Source: Lingula anatina (Eukaryota > Animalia > Brachiopoda). Taken from it: a DNA stretch of 64,000 nucleotides. Positions 14,566 to 26,525 of the stretch are shown in pieces. The notes beneath the pieces are model-generated. The model made no database searches. It was not told where the DNA came from and was given only the letters and a program-made list of their open reading frames with translations. Position 1 is the stretch's first letter, and each line of letters begins with the position of its first letter. Position numbers and translations under genes: made by a program. The DNA is taken from positions 36,648,401 to 36,712,400 of the forward strand of contig CM120641.1 in assembly GCA_051362555.1 (NCBI GenBank), written 5' to 3'.

Positions 14566-14877
14566 CAGTCACTTGGCACTTTAAAAATGGCGGGCAGTAG
14601 ACACCGCTAGGTGGCCGCTGGTAGCAACACGCACCAACACATGTACAAAACACACACCTACAAACAAACATCAGCAAACAAATAAAAGACTGGAACTAAA
14701 TTTACACAAAAATGCATCATATTTGTATCATTTGATTCGTTCTAAAAAGAAAACTCTTAATATGTCGCAGAGGAACGTCCTGGGAGCTGAAAGAGTCAAG
14801 GTCATGTTCCACTCGTAACCAAAACGGTGAACGAACTTTCACGTTATTAAATATATTATATTAGGAGTCAGGGTTAA
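14566..14877. promoter_or_regulatory. Putative bidirectional promoter shared by TRAF6 (-) and cryptochrome (+)
   Basis: Locally CpG-rich. Divergent candidate 5'-UTR exon donors at 14565 (minus, G|GTATGT) and 14878 (plus, A|GTAAGC). YY1-like AAAATGGCG at ~14584, TCAAGGTCA at ~14796 and CACGTT at 14840. Confidence 0.55.
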
Positions 14878-15310
14878 GTAAGCTGAATAAACACAGCGAC
14901 AGACTCCTCAGAAGGTCGTTCAGTGTTTACAAGTACAATTGAGCCAAATCTGAGTTAGTCGTTTGTACGTATATACCAAGGCGATGGGTAAATGCGCAAA
15001 CTGGGTAGACAGCTGAGTTTGATCAAATTCCCTTAAACTGTTTAAGGATGTAAGTACATGTACATGTAAGTTATTGTTGTTCTGGTCACATCTTGCACAC
15101 GCACCTATAGTGTTAGTTCTAATAGATAAAAACATTCTAGCCTGCGGGATATCGGCGAAAACAAGCATTTGATTAGGACATTTTTGATTGCAAATGTCAT
15201 AACTAATCAAATTGGACAGTATGAAAAATTGCACTGCTATGTACTCAGTAAAGTGTAACCCATGGCTATTGTGAAATTGATTATTATTATTATTATTATT
15301 TTAGAACAAC

Positions 15311-18300
15311 ATGGGAAAGCAGGATAAAAAAGAAGGCGTTTCTATCCACTGGTTTAGACATGGGCTGAGATTTCATGACAATGCCTCCTTGCAAGAAGCC
15401 CTAAAGGATGTAAAGGAGTGTTACTTGATTTTCATATTTGATGGTTCTGTGGCAGGTAAGGCCTTACAATATTTTTTATTTTCACAACACCAAACAAATT
15501 CAGTGCTTTTTATTTGTACCCCACCTGCCCATTCATGGAAGATTTGGCATGAACAGTGAATCTTTCTTTCCTTTTGTATGATTTTTCTTACATTTTGTCG
15601 AAATTTTGTATCATTCATTGCTTGTCAGTTTTATTATTTCATTGGAATAAACATAAAAATAAAATGTGTGAAAACAAAGACTTGTTGCAGACATCAATGA
15701 GAAAAGGTTGTGTGTTATAAACAGCTTGGCTTTACCATTTTATAAAGTAAATTCCTATATAGAATGCTACTAAATTGTTTCCTTAAGATTACTAGTGGGT
15801 GCATATACATGTACTGCTTTCAGGCACAGACACTGCTGGGTATAATAGATGGCGCTTTTTGCTAGAGTGCCTAGAAGACTTGGACAACCAGCTAAAAGAA
15901 CTTGGAGGAAGGCTGTATACATTTCAAGGCGATCCTGTAGAGATTTTACAGAAACTGTTTGATGTAGGTATAGAGCATTAAAAGTTCTGGGATATGGTAA
16001 TTACTTACTATTCAATTACTTACTTTTCAATGAGGGGAAATGTGAATTTTACAGATACTATATTTTAAAGTCATAATTTCTTTAAATTTGGACATTCCTG
16101 TTAAGTGGTAGCAACAAAATTTAAAAAGCAGGCTATTCTATAGTTTTACTCTATGCAGTAGAAGCACCAAAAATGCTATATAGAAACATAACTTGTGTGA
16201 TTATAAAATTATATATCTGAAAGCTTGATAATTTTTTGCCCATTGAAAAGATTGAGTCATTACAGACCAATAGTACTTTTATGATGTTATCACTTCAAAC
16301 CATGCTAAGGTTATGATGATTATAAGCATGTCGTCAGCATGTTGTCAGCTTGGCATTTTCAATAATGCCTCAAAAATCTTTTCACAAGTGATTTTCACCA
16401 TTTAATTTGAAGAAAAATAATGAATAATGAAAAATAATGCTTAATCTCCAACTTTTAACAGCATTTTGTAATTTTTTTTTTTTTATGTTTTATCATGATA
16501 TGACTTAACATATTGAGTTTGGCATGACTGAACATTATCTTTACTTTCTTGCTATTTGTACCTGATAGATTTTAAATTATGAAGTAAATGGGTTTTCATC
16601 TGTAATTTCACTTGTTATTATTATTTTATTTAATTCTTCGTTTTTTTTTCTTTTTTTGTAGCTTTCTTGATTTTTGGCACCTGACAACTTTTATTGATTT
16701 TTATCTTTGATGCTCATTTATAGGAATGGGGAGTGACAAAGTTGACATTTGAGCAAGATCCAGAGCCTCCTTGGCAAAAACGGGATATTGCTGTGAAAAA
16801 ACTCTGTAGAGAAAAGAACATTGAGTGTATTGAAAAAGTATCCCACACTTTGTACAACCCCCAAGAGTAAGTTGCAACTTTATTTCTTTACTAATAAGGA
16901 TTATGATTGAAACAAAAAATGGAAGATTTTAAAAAATATATATACCCTGTTACACAGTTTTGGAGTTCCATTGTACTAGAATTATGCATAATTATTCTAT
17001 CAAGTAGTTCTAGCGTTGAATATATACCAATGTGTAGTTGTGTAATCACTATTTTATTCTGTTTTTCTTATTTAATTTTGGCATTATTATAGTTATTGAG
17101 GTACATTGATTACGTGGCATTTTGAAACTAAACTTTATGAATATTTTTCATCTCAATTTAAGCATTTTGAAAGCAAATGGAGGCAGTCCCCCCTTGACTT
17201 ATGCCATGTTCTGTGAGGTTTGCAAAACTCTCCCTGCGCCAGAAAGACCACAGCCTGTCCCAAGCTTCTCTGGGGTATCATTGCCTGTGGCTAATGATTT
17301 TTCCAAATTTGAATTGCCTACGCTGAATGATTTTGGTAATTATGAATGTCTGAGCATTCTATTTATTAATTATTGGGTCTCTTTATAATTAATATTGGTG
17401 GGATGAAAATTAAACAATTTTATTTCAGTCAAATACTTACAGCAAAATACCCAGTACTTTATTTAGAAACATAAAAATGATTCACTGGTGAAAAATGTTA
17501 TACAATTATATCATGATTGTAACATTTTCTTTGTCCATCTTAAGTTAGGTATAGTGTTTGGCATAAAGATTTCTTGTCAACACATTTATGTACTGTAGCA
17601 TGGGTTCTTTGCTCAATATGGTTATTTTTGCAAAGGTGTTTTATTATTATTAATCAGATAAGCAGCCACGTAGAAAAAAATCATGCCTTTATTCTTCAGC
17701 CACTTTTCATGCATATGTGCACACTATAATTTAGTTTCACTGTAAAGTTTTATCTTGTAGGAATAACACCTGAATGTTCAGAGCAGAAAAAAAAGAAAAC
17801 ACCCCCCTATCTTGGGGGCGAGTCTCGTGGGTTGGACTTGTTGGAACTCAGAAGAATGCAGGAAAAGACTGTAAGTTGTTGTTGTGAATGAAATTTCAAG
17901 AAGTATTGATTTGGGTACATTTTACTGGTTCTTGACATAGCCTTTATAACATATTCTTAAGTGTATAAGGATACCATATAAATACCATGGTCTCTGCATA
18001 AGATAATGCAGTCATCTACCCTTATGCAGGCTTAAAAGTGACGACCTCTCAGAGGTCTGCACGTCATGATACAAGCCAGTATGTCTTTGGCCGCATTCAA
18101 AAAAGTGGACTTGCTAGTCCATGGGGTCAAGTGTGGCGACCCACTAAAAAGCTTGCCGTCTAATTCATTAATAGACACTGAATAAATTCCCCGTAGGATA
18201 GTATTCAAGTGGGTTGGCCATATTTGACCCTTGGACTAGTTAGTCCACTGTTCTGAATGCGGTCTTTGTGTATGTTGATATTTATTACATTATTTTCAGT

Positions 18301-21300
18301 CCTATAAAGCTGGATTTATTCTGCCACACTATGTCAACCCTGATTTGAGTGGCCCTCCTCTTAGCATGAGTCCACATCTGAGATTTGGCTGTGTGTCTGT
18401 CAGGAGGTTTTATTACACTATACTGGACACTTTCAGAGAAGTTTATAAGGTACGGTATGATGTTATTATTAGATCTAGTAGGTATTTTGTCATATTTAGC
18501 AGCTACATGTAATTAAACTGTAAATTGTTTAAATAGGATATAGTTTCAATGGGAATAATTTGAGATGGCCCAAAATCTCGTGACCTACCATATAGTCAAG
18601 CAAAATTTCACTTGTTTTGGAGGCGAGAGGGGTTAGAAATAATGGCAGGTTAGTGAGTGCATATTCAGGGGTGGAGCCAGAGCTATTTTCTGACCGTCTT
18701 CCAAATTTTCTTTGTTGATCCATCCTCTATTTTGACCGTCTTCTGACAGATAAAATTAGATACCCGTCAATGTAAACTTGAAAATCTGACCGTCTTCCAG
18801 AAGACCCAGAAGACGGCCTCAATCCGCCCCTGCATATTGGCAATGAATAACAGCTGACAGAAGTTATCCACAAATATTATTCTTGTTTTTTCTTAAGTTT
18901 TGTCATTAAAATTACAGTTGAGTTTATTGCACAACAGTACAAATTTACCGTGTTTGGGATATAACTTTTGCATTACTTTCTACATAAGGTATTCCGAGTG
19001 CATGGTGTTTGACCTTTATGGCTAGATTATTCACAGTGCCCTATTTCATGTGAATTTTAGCAGGTTATCTAGTCTCCTGTGATGTCACTCAGTGTTTAAG
19101 GTCTTGTTTTAGACTATCTGGGATTATCTTCATTGGATATAATAGCATGCATGTTGATGTTATAATTAGATCTAGTAGGTATTAATATAATGATAGCAGA
19201 AATTCAAAACTACACATTTATCCTCACATACTACATGTATACACTAAATAAGAGTAAATAAGAAAACTGCAAGTGCAGTGCTATCTAGCATTGGGTAGGA
19301 CATTATTTCCCTTACCAGTATGGATTAACAGGGTTTTTTTTATTTCATTAATATGAATCTTCTTAACCATAAATACATATTTATAGGGGTATTTTTGATA
19401 AGTGCACCCTCCACCCCCCAATCAGTAAATTAAATACTAAAATGTACATGCAAGCATCAATTTCTTTTTCTTTTTTTTTTTCTTTTCATAATACAGGACC
19501 ACGAGCAATCAAATGAGTTGCTCACAGCTCAGTTGATGTGGAGAGAGTACTTCTATGTGATGTCGGTGAACAATTCAAACTTCACTAAGATGGTAAACAA
19601 TCCCATCTGCCTGCAGATTGACTTCAACTGGGACCATGAGGTAGTCAGGAAATGGGAAAAGGTACTCGGCTAATTCTGACACTTGATAAGTTTTCTGTTC
19701 TGAATATGCTTGAATAATAACAGTAACATAATATCACAATAACACATAATATCAAAGTACAGATTTGGATATTCCGATAATAAATTTAAAGCAGAAGCAA
19801 TTTCTGTGATTTTATTATTATGCCAATGTTGTTTTGCATTTGGTGGTAACAGATAAATAAATAGACCAAGCCTACATCATCTTCTTTTTGATCCGTTGAG
19901 GGATAAATATTAATGAAATGGTGTTTAACAGATGGGCTATTTTTTCAATACATGCTGCTGCATGGCACATTTATGGATGAAATTGTAGTGTGCACAGAAA
20001 CCATGTAAAAACAACATGCATGTGCTAAATGATATGTTGGGTGGAATTCAACTAAGTTCATTCACTACCAGGGACAGACTGGGTATCCATGGATTGATGC
20101 TTGTATGAGGCAGCTGGTACAGGAGGGTTGGCTGCATCAGGTGGGGCGGCATGCTGTGTCTGTGTTTTTGACCAGAGGGGACGCGTGGCAGCACTGGGAA
20201 ATGGGATTACAGGTAAGACTTAATGTCTCCATTTAGATCATTGGTGGAAAGTTGCACTGTATGTTATAGAAAAAATGAATCGATTAAAGCCTGAAGTTAT
20301 ACTTGGTTTTACTGGGTGTGATATTTTGTAGGAATGATAATAAAATAGTTTTTGTGTACTAGTATTTTTGGTGTGTGTTACAGGTAGTCCTACCTGTAAT
20401 TCATCTTTTGTTTACCTCTATCTATTTCACCTTTATAAACTGATATTGGTAAAAGTAATGCATTTTTTTTTTTTTTTTTTGGTATGAGATATTGGATAAT
20501 TGCAATAGGCTCTGTGCAGTAGATTAGTTATTTGTTCTGTCCAAGGTTTTCTTCAAGTACCTGTTGGATGCTGATTGGTCAGTCTGTGCTGGCAATTGGA
20601 TGTGGGTATCGAGCTCTGCATTTGAGAAGTGCCTGGACTGCCCCAAATGTTTTCACCCGGTGCGCTATGGCCAGAGGATGGACCCTGTTGGAGATTATGT
20701 GAGGTAAGTAAGTGGCTTCATTAAAGATTCCTGGGCCTTTGAACTGATAAGCTGAATATTTTAACCTGAGCAATCTGAAGAACAGAAAAAATTGAGTAGA
20801 GAAAAAATGTAAAAAAAAAGGAAAATATTTGGAAAAATACTTTTATTAAATAAAAGTAAAGAGTTCTTACTTTGTGTCAGAATGTTCTTTAGTCAGTTAA
20901 GTAGCAAAACATATTGTTTTAAATACTTGGTTCAGTCACTTATTGGTTCTAGGAAATTTGATGCAGTTTTTAGCTTTTCATACATTTGTGAAGTCCCCTT
21001 TTATCAGATGAAGTAATGAAAAAGGTATTTGTATATTATGTGCAAGTTTATTGAATTAAATATCATGTTTTCCAGACGGTATGTGCCAGAGCTTTCCCAG
21101 TTCCCCCTGCGTTATCTCTTCCACCCCTGGAGGGCGCCACTGGAGGTTCAGAAAAAAGCAGGTTGTATCATTGGCAAGGACTATCCTGCACCAATTGTGA
21201 ATCATGCAGAAGCTGCCATGAAAAACGGAGAAAGGATGTCTCTTGTTCGTGAAAAATATGCAAAACTTCCTGGTGGGTTTAACAAAAATTCCTTTATGCA

Positions 21301-21876
21301 ATTTCATTCCTTTAACAAATTAATCAGTAAATTAATGGTATACTGGCAAATGTCTTTCTGTCTATCCACATGGACAGGTGGATGGATAGATGGATATCGC
21401 ACATATTATACCTTTTCTATTTTTAAGCCACGTTTTGCCAGACATGTTTTTGATATCAACTGTATGGTATTGTCAAGGCCGGTCCTTTAGACGTATGGGG
21501 AGTAAAACTGGGAGGGGGTTATGACTAGTCAAATACCCAATCTCTGTACATTAACTGAAATATAGAATTTTTTAAAGTTGACCATAAATGTGTCACTTTT
21601 TGTATTTATGTTACTGTTATTACTTGCATCGCATTATCAAACATCTGTGCTCATATGTGAAGAGAGTGCATGATAATGTTGTATTATAAGGTAAAACATA
21701 ATGACATAATGTTAGTGTATATATTAAATATTTTGCTGCCCTATATTCTAGACATTCCTCATGTGAAGCCTTCTAATGATGAAGAAGTATGGCGGATTGC
21801 TTGGCTGCCGAGAAACTTGACTTCTGTCCCCTGTGTGTCTTCTGACAAATGTGATGCTTTGGATATTGGTGAGTAG
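15311..21876 (+). CDS. CRY1: Type-I (Drosophila-type / L-Cry) cryptochrome
   Basis: Exons 15311-15455, 15824-15963, 16724-16866, 17163-17335, 17761-17870, 18300-18449, 19497-19661, 20072-20212, 20546-20703, 21076-21272 and 21752-21876. Motifs: [63 protein letters not shown] (Cys at the dCRY C416 position) and tail [13 protein letters not shown]. Confidence 0.95.
18089..18264. mobile_element. Fold-back MITE in cryptochrome intron
   Basis: ggccgcattca...gtggacttgctagtccatggggtcaa...cccact mirrors agtggg...ttgacccttggactagttagtccac...tgaatgcggtc. Confidence 0.75.
18666..18832 (-). mobile_element. MITE, CAGGGGCGGAT family, copy 2
   Basis: Near reverse complement of 12482-12649; flanked by a catatt/catatt target-site duplication. 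Confidence 0.85.
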
Positions 21877-23383
21877 AAGGAAAACAATATACTAAATCGT
21901 GCATTGTCTGCTGTGTAACATTTTCATAGCCTGTATTGTTAGTTTTCACCGTTAATAGCTGATTATTATCTGAGCCTGTTTGATTTATAAGTATTGTTGC
22001 TTTATATTGCATTTGAATGATTATGACACCACATTCTATGACATGTACTTCAATTCAGTTTTTTATGTTTACCAACAGATAATAGCTTTTTGTTTTTGTT
22101 TTCAGATAACCTTGATGGATTGAGTATGTAAAACATATATCCAGTGTCTCAATTTAGCTGAATCTCAAAAGCAGTTACCAGGTCACATATAAAGGGAAGG
22201 CTCAGTAGATACTGTGTACGTACCAGTAGGTTGATTATCTATCATATAATTTATGCACACTTTTCATATTTCAATACTTAAAAGGATTACACAAGAAAGA
22301 AGTTGATACATTGCACAAAATTTGCAGCATATCAGCCAACAATTAACTATTGTTTCAGAATTGCAAATCACTTCTTAAATATAATTGAATACATTTACAG
22401 CTTGGTTAATTGGTAAATTACAGAAACATGCAGAGTAATGCTTATGAGTAATAATGTAACTGAAATATTTGATTGAATTAAAAAACAATTAAATACTTAC
22501 TTTTGAGATATTAAAATGTATACCATATATTTTAATAAAGGAGATATTGTTATCATTGTGAAAATTTAATGGAATTAATTTTATGAAAGTGCATTCAAAC
22601 TTATGTCCATTTACGTGCTATTTCTTGAATTTTTTGTCAGGCAGTGGAAGTAAAAGTTAAAAAAATTGTTTTGTTTATATTAACATTATATGTTGTGAAA
22701 GCTGTATGTCACGATAAATGTTCATGTGGAATATTTTATATTATCAGTAATATTTCAAAAGTCATTATCATATCACTGAGTAAATTTGTCCAATCTGATT
22801 GGTTGAAAAGTGCTGAATATGGTGCAATATACTACACCCCTGACCCTCATTTACTGACAGTATTTAAAAAAAATAGATCAGCTGCCAAATAGCATAGTTA
22901 CATCACTTTGGCAGTATTTTGCCTAACATTGCAGCGTATAGTACTTGCAATTGAAATGAGGTAAACATGGGGTTACGTATCTTAATTCTCAGTTATGTAT
23001 TAAGAGTTATGTATTAATTGTATGTATTAATTCGTAATTAAGAGCAAACACTCCACGACATGATGAATTTGTTATGTAGTCACCTAGTGGAGGATGAGGA
23101 AAAAATGTGTATTTAGACTCGAATTGTGCTTCACGCAATTCAGATTTTTTAGAGAACTCTATACCATTCTGTCCCCCAGTAAGTGATTACATAGTTTGTG
23201 ATATTATAATAGCAATGTACCGTAATCCTGTAAAGCATCATTAAATGAGTCATTTTAATCATTCGTACTGTGTAAAGTAACTCCATGAAGTGATCAGTAT
23301 TAATTATGTCCTATATACACAGCGTGCTTGGATACAAAATACGAGGTAGATGGTTTCAGATATAATCATTTGACGCACAATTT

Positions 23384-23429
<46 letters not shown>

Positions 23430-25690
23430 TAAGATTTACTTAGCAGTTACTTGTTATTCTTTTTGGTGTTAGTAATGTTTAATATTGTTTATGTCAGTAA
23501 TAAATGTTTTTCAAGTTTTTAACACTTTTAAAATGGCCCTTTTTTAACACAAAGTTAGTTCATTTGGACTGAAGTAACTGTGGATTACATTCATGGCCTT
23601 TTTGTCTGTCAGTTTTTTTTTTTTTTTACATTGATTTCTGAGTATACAGTTACAGATCAAGGTAAACCACAGGGTGATGTGAGATATTTTCAATTAAACA
23701 TTATTTAAGGGTATCTGTACTACTTTTCAGAAATTTAATCATGTTATGCATTTTTGATATATTTAGCTGTTGAATTATTTGAACTTCTTTATCAAAGGCA
23801 GAAAAGGAAGAGGCAGAAATAGAAAATAAGCATTTGACTTTTGATCTCTCAGTCTGTTGTAATAAAGCACACTGTTTTTGTTGTAGATGGTGTTTGTTTT
23901 GATATGAAATTGCTCTGCGTGCAGAATGCACTGTCAGGCCTCAAAAACGATAATTCCCGTTTTCTAACATTAGCCTTAAATTTGGGGGCACTAGTGCACA
24001 GATTAACGGCTACAGTCAGGAATTAACTATCCCAACATAGAATAATTTGCCACAAGCTTAGCATTTCAATACACAGTTTGGCCATCTTCCATCTGGGTTT
24101 CTGACTGTATACATTGGTGGCTGGAGTCCTTAATTTGGGCATTTGTGCTCACAAATCTGAGGCTTGAGTTAGAAAACACCTAATCATTTTTATACTATAG
24201 GGCCTGACTGTAATTTCAGAATTCTAAAACAAAATTGAATGTGAAACACTTGAGATTTTATAAACATTCCAGTTTGGTTCAACTGAAAAACCAAAACCAC
24301 TTCTGAGGGTAGGGGTGTCTTACTGCCATTGTCATAACATTATCATATCATAGCTGCAAGGTACATTTACCATTTGATTTGAAACCCAAATTTTAGTCAT
24401 GTGAAAGAATCCCATCACAAGAAATCACTAGATAAGGTCGCATGAAAACAACCCCTAATTTAAAGTTGCACATTATGTGTATGCATTGAAAAACAAATAT
24501 GAAAAATATACCAATTTTATTTACAAACCACTTGATACACCTTAACCTTGACATTGTGACTTAACATAAAGGATTTAATAACAGGAAATATTAATAACTG
24601 GTAAATAAGGTAACTGATTCACAAGAGTTTCATTGATGATTAACAATCAGTCGGCAGTAAAATGTTAAACATTTTTCCTCAACATAAAAAGTGATACATT
24701 TGATTAGTGCAATTTCAGTCAATAAAACTTTCAATTTACTTTTAAAATTTTATTAGAAACCTTTTTCTTTCTTTACATCAATATGATGCTGAACCATATG
24801 CCTAGTATGATGTCTTAATAATAAGCTTATGCTTTTCAAGAAGATAATTACATTTGTCATCTAACATAATCTTCAGTGGTTTAAAACCCTCATCATGAAA
24901 TATATAGCATTTATACATTTACTACAATTGACAATATACATAATAGCCCTGCCCTGAGCTTTTAGCACATCTCAAACTTTTATCTTAAATTCATCACTCC
25001 CTAAGGATGGACATTCTATTAGCTGAACCTAAAACAAGATATGAACAAAACTTGGGAGGTTAAATAATAGTCTGTTAATATTACAGATGCATTATATGGC
25101 ATTAAAATAATAATTTATTCTTCGCTGCTTTTTCTCATCACCAAGAGTCATTTACTACAGAGGATTTGGCAGTTTGAGCACCAATTAACGCCATGTAAAA
25201 TTCTAGGGGCCTCAAACAACAATTTGCACAGCTTACTTCCATTGTACAACATGTCACAACAGACAGCAATCTTCTGCTGAACTCCAAATAAGCATGGGAA
25301 CAACAAATGCAATGATGTCAGCTCCACAGTTATAGCTATGCCCCACCACATAATAAATATATGTTATGATCCAAACAATCACTGGTAAATAACAATGCTG
25401 ATCACCACAATGTGACACAAATAGCAGAATAAATGCACCCCAATCACCTGTGTCAATTCAGTGGCTAGGATAGCATTCATTTCTGAAATACTGCCACTAG
25501 CTTTGAGAATTAGTTCTGAGTAAAGAAAATGGTAATTGGTTTTGACAATTTTTCATGGATTTCTCTGTAAATTTCAAAGGAGAAACTTGATGGGTTCAAC
25601 AAATATAAGGGTAGAATGATCCACATTGGAATGAATGACAGGCAAATAGATGCAAGTAAAATGTGTCTCTCACTGAAGGTATGTTCAGTT

Positions 25691-26290
25691 TTATTTATTA
25701 GCAGAATATCTCTGGAGCAGCAAAGTATGGCAGTTGTCACAGACCCTCACAGGCTTGGCAGAGGATGGCAGTGGCATCTTGTTGTCAGAACATTCAGAGC
25801 AATAGATGTCTCCACAGTTGCGACAGTGGTGCTGAAAGCATTCAATATGTTTAAACCAAATGTGACGACTTTGAGCTGAATTGGGAAGACATGAATGTGT
25901 AGTCTACTGCTGTAGTCAAAAGATTTGATTCTAGTTTTAAGTCCCAAAAAGTTACAACTTTTTCATTTAGTATCATCTCTTTCATTTTTTGCCATTATAA
26001 TTAAAGAGACCTTACAGATGAATTTTTTTTTATCAAAACTTTAATGACTTGCTAATTTCACACAAAATAGCTATCATAAGAAAGACAGACAGAAGAACCA
26101 CAAAGTAAGGGAAATAATGGCACTTACTTTTCTCCTTGAAAGAGAGAATTCTTTGGTACAACCCTTACAATTAGTAGCCTCAGCATCATCAGCCCATTGC
26201 GCTTCCTTCAAGGCCTGCTGTGCTTCACGAAGATCCTCCATTTTCAATTTTGACCTTAAAAATGACAGTCAAGAATCTCATATTTAAGAA

Positions 26291-26355
<65 letters not shown>

Positions 26356-26487
26356 GGTTATGCAAGTAAAACCTATTGAGCTTAACTTTTTCAAAACCAT
26401 TTAATGGACATTGTTTGAGCCTAGAACTTGGCTGCCATCACTGCACGAAGTATACAAAACTAGAATGCAGGCAAGATTCCATGAGTG

Positions 26488-26525
<38 letters not shown>

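Noticed and set aside
17984-18087. Two adjacent hairpins followed by ACA in a cry intron, suggestive of an H/ACA snoRNA
   Set aside because: No clear ANANNA H box or pseudouridylation pockets, and it abuts a MITE. Not supportable without a covariance-model search.
22750-23230. CpG-containing stretch in the cry 3' region, possibly a repeat fragment
   Set aside because: Could not define TIRs, a target-site duplication or coding similarity by eye.
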